From positions 1 to 64,000 of IMG/VR virus record IMGVR_UViG_3300042261_002390: a stretch of DNA of 64,000 nucleotides, one strand, 5' to 3'. The notes beneath the pieces were generated by a model. It worked only from the letters and a program-made list of their open reading frames with translations. It was not told the DNA's origin and made no database searches. The position numbers and the translations under genes are program-made. Shown here piece after piece: positions 45,751-54,985 of this stretch; position 1 is the first letter of the stretch, and each line of letters begins with the position of its first letter.

Positions 45751-46641
45751 TTAGTTTATTACTATATTTTCATTAATTATCGCATTAAGGTCTATTTTTT
45801 CCAAATCATTAATAATTGCAGTTTTGTCTGCAGGCAGTCCGGAATATCCGTGTATGTGATTAATTAATGCTCTTCTAAATATCTCAAGCACTTCCATGAT
45901 AATATCACCCCTTCCAATAGGGTGACCTTCTTTAAAAATTTTTTCTCTATCTTTATTTTCAACACGAGCTGCTTTAAATTGTGGATTACCTGAATGTGAA
46001 ATTAAAGCAATTTTATCACTTGTAATGATACTACTGCTTCTATATTTAGAAGTACCAGATATTGGCTCATAAACTAAACTAATTTCTGCCGGATTTACTG
46101 TATTAAGTTTTAATATATTATCATTTTCATGTTTTCCAGCACGAATATGAACCTCATTTATACGCAATATCACATCTGTATTTATTCTTCCTACAATTGC
46201 AATATCGGTTTTTAGTGGGAAAACACCATCAGCATCGGGATATTTTGATGGAGCAGGCTCTGGTACAGTTAAACCATAATTTGTTGTTGAAAGAGCAGTA
46301 TATATTGAATCATAGCCAATTTTTTGTGGCTGTGATATAATACTTCCCTGCCAAAATCTACTTCTTTCAGGATATTTAATATTTTCAATAAAAATTCTAA
46401 CCACTTCACCAATACGTGGATATGCATGAAAAAATTTTGGCATCATTGGGTAACACCAAGGCAATTCGTCATTAGAGGTTTTATTATCAAAACCCTGAAT
46501 TCTTACCTTAATTCTTCCACCATCAGTGGGGTCATCAATCGAAATAACTTCACCGTAGTATATTGTTCTAGTAATTTCAAATGTACTAGCTTCCTTTTTA
46601 AAAGGATTTGATGTTTGTATTACTGGTTTATCGTATCCCAT
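45751..46641 (-). CDS. Baseplate central spike, gp5/VgrG OB-fold protein
   Basis: GEVISIDDPTDGGRIKVRI...LPWCYP...PRIGEVVRIF...FWQGS. Confidence 0.8.
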   Translation of the reverse strand: MGYDKPVIQTSNPFKKEASTFEITRTIYYGEVISIDDPTDGGRIKVRIQGFDNKTSNDELPWCYPMMPKFFHAYPRIGEVVRIFIENIKYPERSRFWQGSIISQPQKIGYDSIYTALSTTNYGLTVPEPAPSKYPDADGVFPLKTDIAIVGRINTDVILRINEVHIRAGKHENDNILKLNTVNPAEISLVYEPISGTSKYRSSSIITSDKIALISHSGNPQFKAARVENKDREKIFKEGHPIGRGDIIMEVLEIFRRALINHIHGYSGLPADKTAIINDLEKIDLNAIINENIVIN

Positions 46642-46847
46642 TATCTTTTCATATATTCTCCAACAAAAATAACATAATTATTTTCAAGACCTTCCATTTC
46701 AATTATTTTTTCATTAATAATGTTTTGAAGTCTATCTATTTCAAAGCTTAAATCAATGATTTCATTTTTTATTTTATCATGACTAAGATTAATATCGTTA
46801 ATCGTCTTTTGTAATTCAATAGCACTATATTTACTTAAATCTTCCAT
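46641..46847 (-). CDS. Small coiled-coil protein
   Basis: 68 aa, heptad pattern, coupled to the gp5-like gene. Confidence 0.5.
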   Translation of the reverse strand: MEDLSKYSAIELQKTINDINLSHDKIKNEIIDLSFEIDRLQNIINEKIIEMEGLENNYVIFVGEYMKR

Positions 46848-46849
46848 AA

Positions 46850-47257
46850 TTATTGTATTACAGCATAACCTTTTGAATAAATAATTGTTGACCCAAAAAC
46901 AGAAACAGGTCCTGTAGGCGATATACCCGCAGCAGTTAATGATATTCCCGGAGGAATTGCTACAGTTATAATTGCTTCTTGTTGTAATGCATTAACAATT
47001 TCTTCAATTCTAATTCTCTCCATAATTTCATCAGGACTTGCACCACCTGATGGCAAAATACCCACTGGTAACCCTGCTTCACTTTTTCTTGATATAATTC
47101 GTGAAGCAATTTTTGTTGGGGATAACCCGGTACGTTGTGGTACTCCAACCAATATAAGTGGTACTGGTACTGGTGGTGGACTTCCAACTGAAGAAAGACT
47201 TAAAATTCTATCAAATCCCTCAATAATTGAGTCAATACTTGTAAAATCAATGCTCAT
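46850..47257 (-). CDS. Hypothetical virion protein (spike-associated candidate)
   Basis: 135 aa, Pro/Gly-rich beta C-terminus; two genes upstream of gp5-OB. Confidence 0.4.
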   Translation of the reverse strand: MSIDFTSIDSIIEGFDRILSLSSVGSPPPVPVPLILVGVPQRTGLSPTKIASRIISRKSEAGLPVGILPSGGASPDEIMERIRIEEIVNALQQEAIITVAIPPGISLTAAGISPTGPVSVFGSTIIYSKGYAVIQ

Positions 47258-47270
47258 TTTTCTATTTAAA

Positions 47271-48602
47271 TTACGTAGTATTAATTGTTTTAATAATTTT
47301 ACTTGAAGTAAGACTTCTAATTAATTTTATAAACTGATTTATCTTTTCTTCAGTAACTTTTTTTATTATGGGGGTTAATAATGATATTAAATAACCAATT
47401 GCTAAATTATAAATAAATTCACTAATGGTTGCAATAATTTTTTTTACTAAACACATGATAAAAATTTTAAATTTTTTCATATCTTGCAATGGTGTGCTAA
47501 TTTCATTATTACCACCCTGAATAAAACTAAAGATAGACAACAAAGCACGTATTTGTGGTGACTGCGTTGATATTTGTGATATTTGTGTTACAAATATGTT
47601 TATTATTTTTTGAAAAAATCCGTCTTTAATTGTTTCATTATTTTCTGCAGTAATGTTTTGGGATGCAGTACTACCACTAGTGCTTTCATTAATAGTATTT
47701 TCAATAGCATTACTAACCACAAAAGGGTCTGTTGAGCCAGATATTGTTGAAACTAAATTATTTAATGAATTAAATGATAATGAAACACCCATATATCCGC
47801 AACCCATATCATAATACCCAATACCCTCTGACATTAGTTTTGATTTTTCCTCCAAGTCATTCAAATCTTTAACTGGAATAATGAAAGAACTATTATCATT
47901 TGCTGCCTGCTCTAACAATTTTTGAACCTTTAAATCTTCAAGTATTTGTTGAGGTGTTCTATTGTTTTTATTTGAAAATGTGCCATATATGCCATCCATT
48001 ATATTTGTAACCAATTCATTCTTATTAATAATTTCGGCATTATCAATATAATCGGTAAAAAATTTACTAATCGATACGTCGCTATCAACTTTTAAATTAA
48101 ATGAATCACTATTATCATCATATTTAATTACCAAACCATTAAATGTTTTTGAGCTACCGGGATTGTTTATTGCACTATATGAAACACTATCAAAATTAGT
48201 TTTAGTTTCATTATAAATTAAACTACCACTATCCGAATTAGGGTCAATTTTAAGTTTTTGTTTTAAATCGATATTTTTTACTGGAATATCAATACCATCA
48301 TTTTTTATGGTGCTTGGAATATCGTCATCAGAATTATTTTGAGTAAATTGCTGTTTTAAAGTATTTTTCACTTGTGTTTCTGATATATCAACTAATTCAG
48401 TAACCATTCCACCCATCAATTGTTTTAAAGCTTCGCTTCCGGCAACAGTTTTTAACACATCTAATAAATAAGGTATTACATCTTTTTTATTATTTATTGA
48501 TGGAAACATTTTTCCCTTTCTCGCTAACTTACCTTGCTGTGCAAATGAAGTATACGAGCTAATTTTAGTGAAAACATCATTTTTTTTATCAGCTAAACTC
48601 AT
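47271..48602 (-). CDS. Hypothetical late protein
   Basis: 443-aa ORF in a late minus-strand operon. Confidence 0.55.
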   Translation of the reverse strand: MSLADKKNDVFTKISSYTSFAQQGKLARKGKMFPSINNKKDVIPYLLDVLKTVAGSEALKQLMGGMVTELVDISETQVKNTLKQQFTQNNSDDDIPSTIKNDGIDIPVKNIDLKQKLKIDPNSDSGSLIYNETKTNFDSVSYSAINNPGSSKTFNGLVIKYDDNSDSFNLKVDSDVSISKFFTDYIDNAEIINKNELVTNIMDGIYGTFSNKNNRTPQQILEDLKVQKLLEQAANDNSSFIIPVKDLNDLEEKSKLMSEGIGYYDMGCGYMGVSLSFNSLNNLVSTISGSTDPFVVSNAIENTINESTSGSTASQNITAENNETIKDGFFQKIINIFVTQISQISTQSPQIRALLSIFSFIQGGNNEISTPLQDMKKFKIFIMCLVKKIIATISEFIYNLAIGYLISLLTPIIKKVTEEKINQFIKLIRSLTSSKIIKTINTT

Positions 48603-48997
48603 TATTTACCCGTTTTTTGTTTATCTCTTTGTTCAATTGCATCATGAACCATATTTAGCAATTCATTTCTTCTGTCAGCAGAAACACTTCCACTACCTTG
48701 ACTTGAGCTTTCACCACCATCACCATCGTTATTTTGTTTATTTACAAAAACAACTTCTTTTAGATATCTTAAAAGCATTATTTTTTGGTCTTGGTTCTTT
48801 GCTTCTGCAGCAATAAGTTTTACAATTTGGTCACCAATCGCAGCAATTTCACCACCTTCTTTTACCTTAAGTTCCCATTTAGTAAATAATCTATTTATTT
48901 TTGCTTTAATATTATGACTTTCATCATATATTTCTTGAAGAAGTTTATTTACACTTTCTTCATTAAATTCTAATCGTTTTCTTTGAGGTCTCGGCAT
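48602..48997 (-). CDS. Hypothetical helical late protein
   Basis: 131 aa; late motif at ~49048-49057 on the minus strand. Confidence 0.55.
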   Translation of the reverse strand: MPRPQRKRLEFNEESVNKLLQEIYDESHNIKAKINRLFTKWELKVKEGGEIAAIGDQIVKLIAAEAKNQDQKIMLLRYLKEVVFVNKQNNDGDGGESSSQGSGSVSADRRNELLNMVHDAIEQRDKQKTGK

Positions 48998-49065
48998 ATT
49001 ATTAATATTTACATTGATTTTATTTTTTCTAAAATAGTTTTAGTACATATAAATACTAATTATTA

Positions 49066-49105
49066 AAAATTAATGGTGACCGATAATTCAATCACCATTA
49101 ATTTT
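49066..49105 (-). terminator. 14-bp hairpin at the end of the sigma-like gene
   Basis: AAAATTAATGGTGA / TCACCATTAATTTT. Confidence 0.6.
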
Positions 49106-49871
49106 AATCATCTAAATAATCATTTTTTTCAATAAAATAAATGTCTTTGAATGGTTTAATAGCTAATCTAATTTCTTTTGTAGTTAAATTAGTTTGTTCT
49201 TTCAAGTATAGTAAAATTTTATTTTTTGCAAATTTATTTGTAACTCTTTTATTGTATTTACCTGATGGACTGTCTTCCATAAACAATAAATGCCAATTTT
49301 TTAGAATATTAATAATTGCATCACCCACTATAATTTCATTCTTTTTCATTAACTTGTCACTATCAATTCTGATTTCAATTTTTTCAACAACTAAGTTAAT
49401 CAATTGCTCTAAATGATGTTGTGTTTCTAGCTCAATTTCATAGCTATAATCACTATTTTCATTTATCTCATCAACAAAATCATCGTAACATAAATTAATT
49501 TTTTTCTCTGAATAACTTTTTCTACTATGGTCACGATAATAATTTCTAATAATGGTCTGGCAATAGCTAAATGCTTTAGTTCTATTGCCAGACTTAGTTA
49601 TTTTATTAGGATTAAATTTAACCATGTGCTCAATCAAATGAGATAATGCATTTGATTCAACTTCATTCATATCGTAATTTCCAATATGAATTGGATATCT
49701 CCTTAATATTGATTGTATCATTTTGCGAAATGGCTCAATCAGAATTTCATTATATATCTGGTTCTTTTCTTCAATTGAATTTGAATTTATATAATCAATA
49801 ACTGCTTGTTCTTCTCTTTCTGCAAAATATGGTGCACCATTGTCACTATTTCTCATTTTACATAAATTCAA
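49104..49871 (-). CDS. Phage sigma-factor-like protein (sigma70 region 2; late-sigma candidate)
   Basis: PYF...YNEIL...MIQSILRRY...HLIEHMVKFNPNK...AFSYCQTIIRNYY resembles region 2.1-2.4 (F(N/D)P, AFSY). Confidence 0.65.
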   Translation of the reverse strand: MNLCKMRNSDNGAPYFAEREEQAVIDYINSNSIEEKNQIYNEILIEPFRKMIQSILRRYPIHIGNYDMNEVESNALSHLIEHMVKFNPNKITKSGNRTKAFSYCQTIIRNYYRDHSRKSYSEKKINLCYDDFVDEINENSDYSYEIELETQHHLEQLINLVVEKIEIRIDSDKLMKKNEIIVGDAIINILKNWHLLFMEDSPSGKYNKRVTNKFAKNKILLYLKEQTNLTTKEIRLAIKPFKDIYFIEKNDYLDD

Positions 49872-49887
49872 AACTAAATGTTATTTA

Positions 49888-50700
49888 TTATACAACTCTC
49901 AATTTAGATAATCGAGTCATATCAATTTGTCTGTCGGTAATAAAATTAGCTTCAGTAGTTGCAGTATCAAACCAAAATTTTCTTTCATTAACAGGCATCG
50001 TTTTCAAATAATTATCAAATAAACTATTCTCTCTTGTTGCCAAATGTTTATATCCAATTTTAGGTATTGTATAAACCTTACAGGCATTATTTAATGCTCT
50101 AAGTAAGAACTCATACATGAATGCTAATTTAATATTTACTTTATATCTACCAAGATTAATAAATTCCGATTTTTTAATAACAGCACCGGATAATTTAAAA
50201 TCTGTATATTGTTTTAATGCATTTGCATTCAAATAACCCATTTCACCATTTTCCCCAACAAATTGTTGTGCCCATACAGTTTCATTTGTTACTTTAATAC
50301 CTTCATTTTTTTCATTAACCTCAATTAACATACTTAAAAATACATCAATATCCGGATATGCATTAATATGTTTTATAACATTGTTGAAATAAGTCGTACT
50401 AAACTCATCATCAAATTCAAGAACAGTAAAATAATCGGTTTCAATGGATTCTACAGCGAGATTTACTTGTGCTTGGTATGAGGTATCACCATTATTTACA
50501 ATTACCGTAGCTCCCGGAACATCAACCAACAATAATTTAATATCATTTTCAATGTTTGGTGGACAAACTACAATAATTTTAGGAAGACTCGTAGTATTTT
50601 CTTGTTTAACTACTGATTCAATTGATTTTTCTAAATAACTTTTAATTAAGTCATTATATTCATGTACTGGAATTATTACTGAAATATTCATATTTATCAA
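49888..50700 (-). CDS. Glycosyltransferase family 2 (GT-A)
   Basis: ISVIIPVH, SYQAQVNLAV, FTVLEFDD (DxD-like). Confidence 0.85.
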   Translation of the reverse strand: MINMNISVIIPVHEYNDLIKSYLEKSIESVVKQENTTSLPKIIVVCPPNIENDIKLLLVDVPGATVIVNNGDTSYQAQVNLAVESIETDYFTVLEFDDEFSTTYFNNVIKHINAYPDIDVFLSMLIEVNEKNEGIKVTNETVWAQQFVGENGEMGYLNANALKQYTDFKLSGAVIKKSEFINLGRYKVNIKLAFMYEFLLRALNNACKVYTIPKIGYKHLATRENSLFDNYLKTMPVNERKFWFDTATTEANFITDRQIDMTRLSKLRVV

Positions 50701-50714
50701 CTATTAACTTTTAA

Positions 50715-51857
50715 TTATTTTTCGCTCTCAACAGGATTTAATACTGTTTCAAGTAATTGTTTTCTGTTGTTAATATATTCTTCATATATATTAATCAATT
50801 GTTTTTCAGACTGTTCTTGTGTATATTTAGCAACAATATTGTCCATAGATTTATATAAATCATCAGTAATGCTATCATCTAAATATTTGATGAGAACTTC
50901 ACCAATTAATACTGGCAAATCATAGTAATTTTCAGTCCAAACACCACCACCATCAACAATCTTAGCTGGAAGACCATTTTCATCACGTTCAACCATATAA
51001 TCTGGCATGATATCGGGTTTTAAACAAATTGGGATTACTCCTGATTTCATACATTCAAGTGGAAATGTACCAAATGATGAAATTCTATCAACCCAAACAG
51101 CAGCAAAATTACCATGTAACCTCTTTGCAAAATCTACACGGCGCATTGGCTGTGGTGGTTTACTTTTAGTAAGCATTGGGTCAAAAGTAACCCAACTATA
51201 TTGAGGATATTTTGCAAAAAATAGTTTAACTAATTTTGAAATTTCATTAGCATTTCTACCAATGACAGAAATAATTGGTTTTTGTGGATTTTTTGATTTT
51301 TCAAAATATTCCGGAATACCAATATTATATGTTTTGATATTGAACTTATTACCATAGATGTTTTCAACCCATTCTTTAAGTGTTGTTGACGTAGTAATAA
51401 CTTCATTAATTCCAAATGATGACCAATCAGTTCCCGGGATTAATGAATTAATCATATAATCGACAGATTGTAATAAACCAATTCGCACACATGGTAAATT
51501 TTTAGTTTGTTCCATTACGTTAGAATAAACTTCAGGAATAATCATAAAATCTTCAGGACCTACCATTAATTTAGGGTCAGACATTGACATATGCTTATGA
51601 TTAGTCAATTCTTTTTCAATCCATGTCGGGATAACATAATCACCCTTTTCAACTAAAATTGTTACATCATATCCCATGTTTTTAACTACTGTAGCATGAA
51701 AATAAATTTCATATACACTAGCCACAGGACTTTGAGATTCAGGCACACAAAATAAAAATTTAGATTCTTTGTTAGAAATCTTATTTAATGAAACTTTTAT
51801 TTTTTCAATTTTTTCGTTTTCAGCTTGTTGAGCTGCTAAATTCATATCTTCGCTCAT
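50715..51857 (-). CDS. GT-B fold glycosyltransferase (GT4-like)
   Basis: IYFHATVVKNMGYDV, MIIPEV, SSFGTFPLECMKSGVIPI (E-G-F-G-x-P-x-E-A-M-like motif). Confidence 0.7.
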   Translation of the reverse strand: MSEDMNLAAQQAENEKIEKIKVSLNKISNKESKFLFCVPESQSPVASVYEIYFHATVVKNMGYDVTILVEKGDYVIPTWIEKELTNHKHMSMSDPKLMVGPEDFMIIPEVYSNVMEQTKNLPCVRIGLLQSVDYMINSLIPGTDWSSFGINEVITTSTTLKEWVENIYGNKFNIKTYNIGIPEYFEKSKNPQKPIISVIGRNANEISKLVKLFFAKYPQYSWVTFDPMLTKSKPPQPMRRVDFAKRLHGNFAAVWVDRISSFGTFPLECMKSGVIPICLKPDIMPDYMVERDENGLPAKIVDGGGVWTENYYDLPVLIGEVLIKYLDDSITDDLYKSMDNIVAKYTQEQSEKQLINIYEEYINNRKQLLETVLNPVESEK

Positions 51858-51862
51858 TTTTT

Positions 51863-52603
51863 TTATTGTTTTTTATATTTAATTATTTTTTCAAAATCCG
51901 GGTTATTGGTTAATTCAGCAATTTGTAATATTTCCAATACACCTTCTTTAATGTTTTCATTGTAAGGTCTTTTAACCTTAATTAATTTTTTACCCCAAGG
52001 AGTACCTAATTTTAGTATTTCAGGGTCGGTAGTAATTAGAATATCCGAATCGTTCCACATATCAATAGCATTATCAACAAAACGAATATTTTTAAATCTA
52101 CTAGTCATCTTACTTAAAAAGAACAACGTAGATGGAATGCTAAGAAAATTTTCAACAGAATAAAGTGTAAATTCCACATTATTACCATATTTTTCATAAA
52201 ATTCTTTTACGTGTAAATCCATACCACGATACATTATAGGTGCTGATGCATGTATTTCATACACATAGTCTTGATACATAAATCGATTATATACCTCTTT
52301 AGCCGTTAGTTTAATTTCTTTAGGTGCTTTAAATAAAAAAGCATCTGCTGGTGCTTCACCAAATCTTTCGTCAACCTGATATTCAAGAGGGTTTATGTTT
52401 TCAGGCATATCTTCAGGTTCTTTAAGTTCTTTTTCTGTTTCAACAGTATCTTTGAACTTATAGTGCTTGAATAAATCATAAACATATGGTTGTTCAGGTA
52501 TCCCTTCTTCACCAAATTCCTGAGCATAAAATCTATCAAATTGTAGCCATTTTGCCCTAAAAATTTCATTAATATCGATACCAACTTTAATTTTTTTACT
52601 CAT
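51863..52603 (-). CDS. HAD-family 5'(3')-deoxyribonucleotidase-like protein
   Basis: KVGIDINEIF (DxD variant), STLFFL, DILITTDP, RPYN. Confidence 0.55.
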   Translation of the reverse strand: MSKKIKVGIDINEIFRAKWLQFDRFYAQEFGEEGIPEQPYVYDLFKHYKFKDTVETEKELKEPEDMPENINPLEYQVDERFGEAPADAFLFKAPKEIKLTAKEVYNRFMYQDYVYEIHASAPIMYRGMDLHVKEFYEKYGNNVEFTLYSVENFLSIPSTLFFLSKMTSRFKNIRFVDNAIDMWNDSDILITTDPEILKLGTPWGKKLIKVKRPYNENIKEGVLEILQIAELTNNPDFEKIIKYKKQ

Positions 52604-52892
52604 TGTTTTTGTTTTTTAATAGCTCCGCTTGATATTGGAGTTCTTCGTTTAATTTTTTTATCAATTCTTCATGTTGTTCAATTAATTTTTCATTGGTAAT
52701 ATATATTGGGTTAATACACTCAATTCTGGTATCTTGTTTTTGTACTGGAATTACAATAATTTCAGCTTCAATAGATTTTGGAGATATCTTTTCAGTTATT
52801 CTCTTAACAAAAGCTGGAATATCTTCCGAACGAATCCCGGCAACGCCAACATATATTACTAATATTTGATTAATCTTTTTTTTCATTTTCAA
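52596..52892 (-). CDS. Hypothetical protein
   Basis: 98-aa ORF, coupled to neighbours. Confidence 0.55.
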   Translation of the reverse strand: MKMKKKINQILVIYVGVAGIRSEDIPAFVKRITEKISPKSIEAEIIVIPVQKQDTRIECINPIYITNEKLIEQHEELIKKLNEELQYQAELLKNKNNE

Positions 52893-53709
52893 CTAAGAGT
52901 TGTTTATTATCTTTATTTAACTTATTTGTTTTAGTTTCACCTGTTAATGCGATATATTCTTTATACTTTTCAATAATTATATTAATTATTGGGTTTCTAA
53001 CACTATCATCAGTATTATCCATTTCAATAACACCAATATCATCAACATTTTTATACATTTTAAGTAGTGGCTGTAATGAACTTTCCGATTTATTTCTTAA
53101 GTCAATTTGGTCTATATCACCAAGTAATATTAATTTACTATTACTACCAATACGAGTTAAAAGTGTGAGTGCATTATCTAACGATATATTTTGCATTTCG
53201 TCAGCGATAATAATACAATCATCTAAAGTAGTTCCTTTAATAAAAGCAAGTGGAAATGGTCTTAATATTTCTTTTTCAAGAAGTATTTCAATATTTGCTT
53301 CAGGAATTATTTTTTCCATATTAATATAGAAACTCCACATATATGGGTCAAATTTTTCCTTCACACCACCTTTTAAAAAACCAAGTTCTTCATCTTTTAA
53401 TGTTCTTACTGATTTAACTAAATATAATCTCTTATATCTATTAGTATTTTTTCGCAATAAACTAAGTGCATATGCTAAAGCAACAAAAGTTTTACCAGTA
53501 CCAGCACGACCAGAACAAATGGTAATTTCTTTATTTTTTATTGAATTAATTAATTTTTTCTGACTTTCATTTTTTGCTATAATTTTTAAGTCATTAGGAA
53601 CTAATTTTGCAATTTCGTATTTAATTAAATTAACCTGTTCAGTGCTATTAACCTTAACATTAGTTAATTCATTATAATCATTTTCTTCTTTAACTCTATC
53701 TCTAGGCAT
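52870..53709 (-). CDS. phoH: PhoH-family ATPase
   Basis: AKNESQ, SGRAGTGKT, GFLKG, IKGTTL, ADEMQN, LTRIG, GDIDQID, VRNPI. Confidence 0.95.
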   Translation of the reverse strand: MPRDRVKEENDYNELTNVKVNSTEQVNLIKYEIAKLVPNDLKIIAKNESQKKLINSIKNKEITICSGRAGTGKTFVALAYALSLLRKNTNRYKRLYLVKSVRTLKDEELGFLKGGVKEKFDPYMWSFYINMEKIIPEANIEILLEKEILRPFPLAFIKGTTLDDCIIIADEMQNISLDNALTLLTRIGSNSKLILLGDIDQIDLRNKSESSLQPLLKMYKNVDDIGVIEMDNTDDSVRNPIINIIIEKYKEYIALTGETKTNKLNKDNKQLLVENEKKD

Positions 53710-53849
53710 ATTTATAATTAAGTGTTTTTAATATAATTATTTGCTTATATATGCTATTACGTAATAAAAAAAATAATCTTGAATTATGATGAAAAAAAAA
53801 TATTCAGTATTTATCGATGAAATAATAATTAAATATAAAAAATTATAAA

Positions 53850-54755
53850 ATGAGCGATAATTTAACACCACAAAAAGAAAGTATCGGCGATGCATTAAAA
53901 AAATATAGTGAAAGTCGAGGTATTGTAAATGATGAACAAGTTGTAACTAATGTTAATATACCTAAAGCATCATATAATCAACAAGATTATGAACAATTAA
54001 TGTCTAAAGAAACTGACCCTGATTTAATTACTTCATATGAAATAGTTAAACTACCATCAAATGGTTTATTTTACTCTAACAGAATATCTGAAGTAAAAAT
54101 TGAATATATGACTTCTAAAGACGAAGATTTGTTAACAACACCTTCATTAATTGAAAATGGTACTGTATTGGATGTTTTATTAAAAAGAAAAATAAAGACC
54201 CCGGGAATTAATGTTGATACATTACTTGAAGGTGATAGAAATGCATTACTTTTATTCTTAAGAACTTCAAGTTATGGTTCAGATTATACAGTTCAAGTAA
54301 CTGACCCACGCTCTGGTATACCTTTTACAACAAAAGTAGATTTACTAAAATTGAAATATAAAACAATCAATGAATTGCCAGATGAAAATGGATACTTTAG
54401 TCTTGAGATTCCTATGAGAAAAAAGAATGTAAAAGTGAAATTATTATCATCCGGGGAAGATAGAAACATAAAAAAAAGAGCAGATGCAATTCAAGAAGCA
54501 TATAATGAAGAATTCAATCAATATAATACACTTAAATTAAAAGCAACTATAATATCAATTAATGGTAAAACAGATAGGTCATATATTGATAAATTTGTTG
54601 ATGCAATGCCAGCACTTGATGCATATGCTATTCGTAGAAAAATACTTGATGTGAGTCCGGACGTTGATATGTCATATGAATTTATGGCAAAAGACGGATA
54701 TACTTTTAATGCTAATCTAACAGTAGGAATTGATTTTTTTTTCCCCGGGATTTAG
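53850..54755 (+). CDS. Baseplate hub/tail assembly chaperone (T4 gp26-like)
   Basis: VKLPSNG..Y, YMTSKDEDLL, GDRNALL.FLR..SYG..Y, ends IDFFFP; upstream of the tape measure gene. Confidence 0.8.
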   Translation: MSDNLTPQKESIGDALKKYSESRGIVNDEQVVTNVNIPKASYNQQDYEQLMSKETDPDLITSYEIVKLPSNGLFYSNRISEVKIEYMTSKDEDLLTTPSLIENGTVLDVLLKRKIKTPGINVDTLLEGDRNALLLFLRTSSYGSDYTVQVTDPRSGIPFTTKVDLLKLKYKTINELPDENGYFSLEIPMRKKNVKVKLLSSGEDRNIKKRADAIQEAYNEEFNQYNTLKLKATIISINGKTDRSYIDKFVDAMPALDAYAIRRKILDVSPDVDMSYEFMAKDGYTFNANLTVGIDFFFPGI

Positions 54756-54943
54756 CAGGTGAGTATAAAAAAATGGTTAATGAAGAAATATATATTTTAA
54801 CAAAACATGCTAAATTCCAAGCAGATTATATAGAAAATCTTCCAATTTATCGTAGAAGACATTTTCTATATTTATTACAGAAGGAAAATGAGGAAATTGA
54901 AAAAGCTCAAGAAGCTGCAAAATCAAAAAGACCGAGAAAATAA
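54734..54943 (+). CDS. gp51-like chaperone in the -1 frame (not in track); probable programmed frameshift product
   Basis: -1 frame open from the T9 run (54734) to TAA 54941-43: ...EEIYILTKHAKFQADYIENLPIYRRRHFLYLLQKENEEIEK; internal ATG at 54773. Confidence 0.7.
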   Translation, partial: FFFPRDLAGEYKKMVNEEIYILTKHAKFQADYIENLPIYRRRHFLYLLQKENEEIEKAQEAAKSKRPRK

Positions 54944-54985
54944 AAATCCCGGTCTTTTGTATTTATAATAAACAAATTTTAATAC

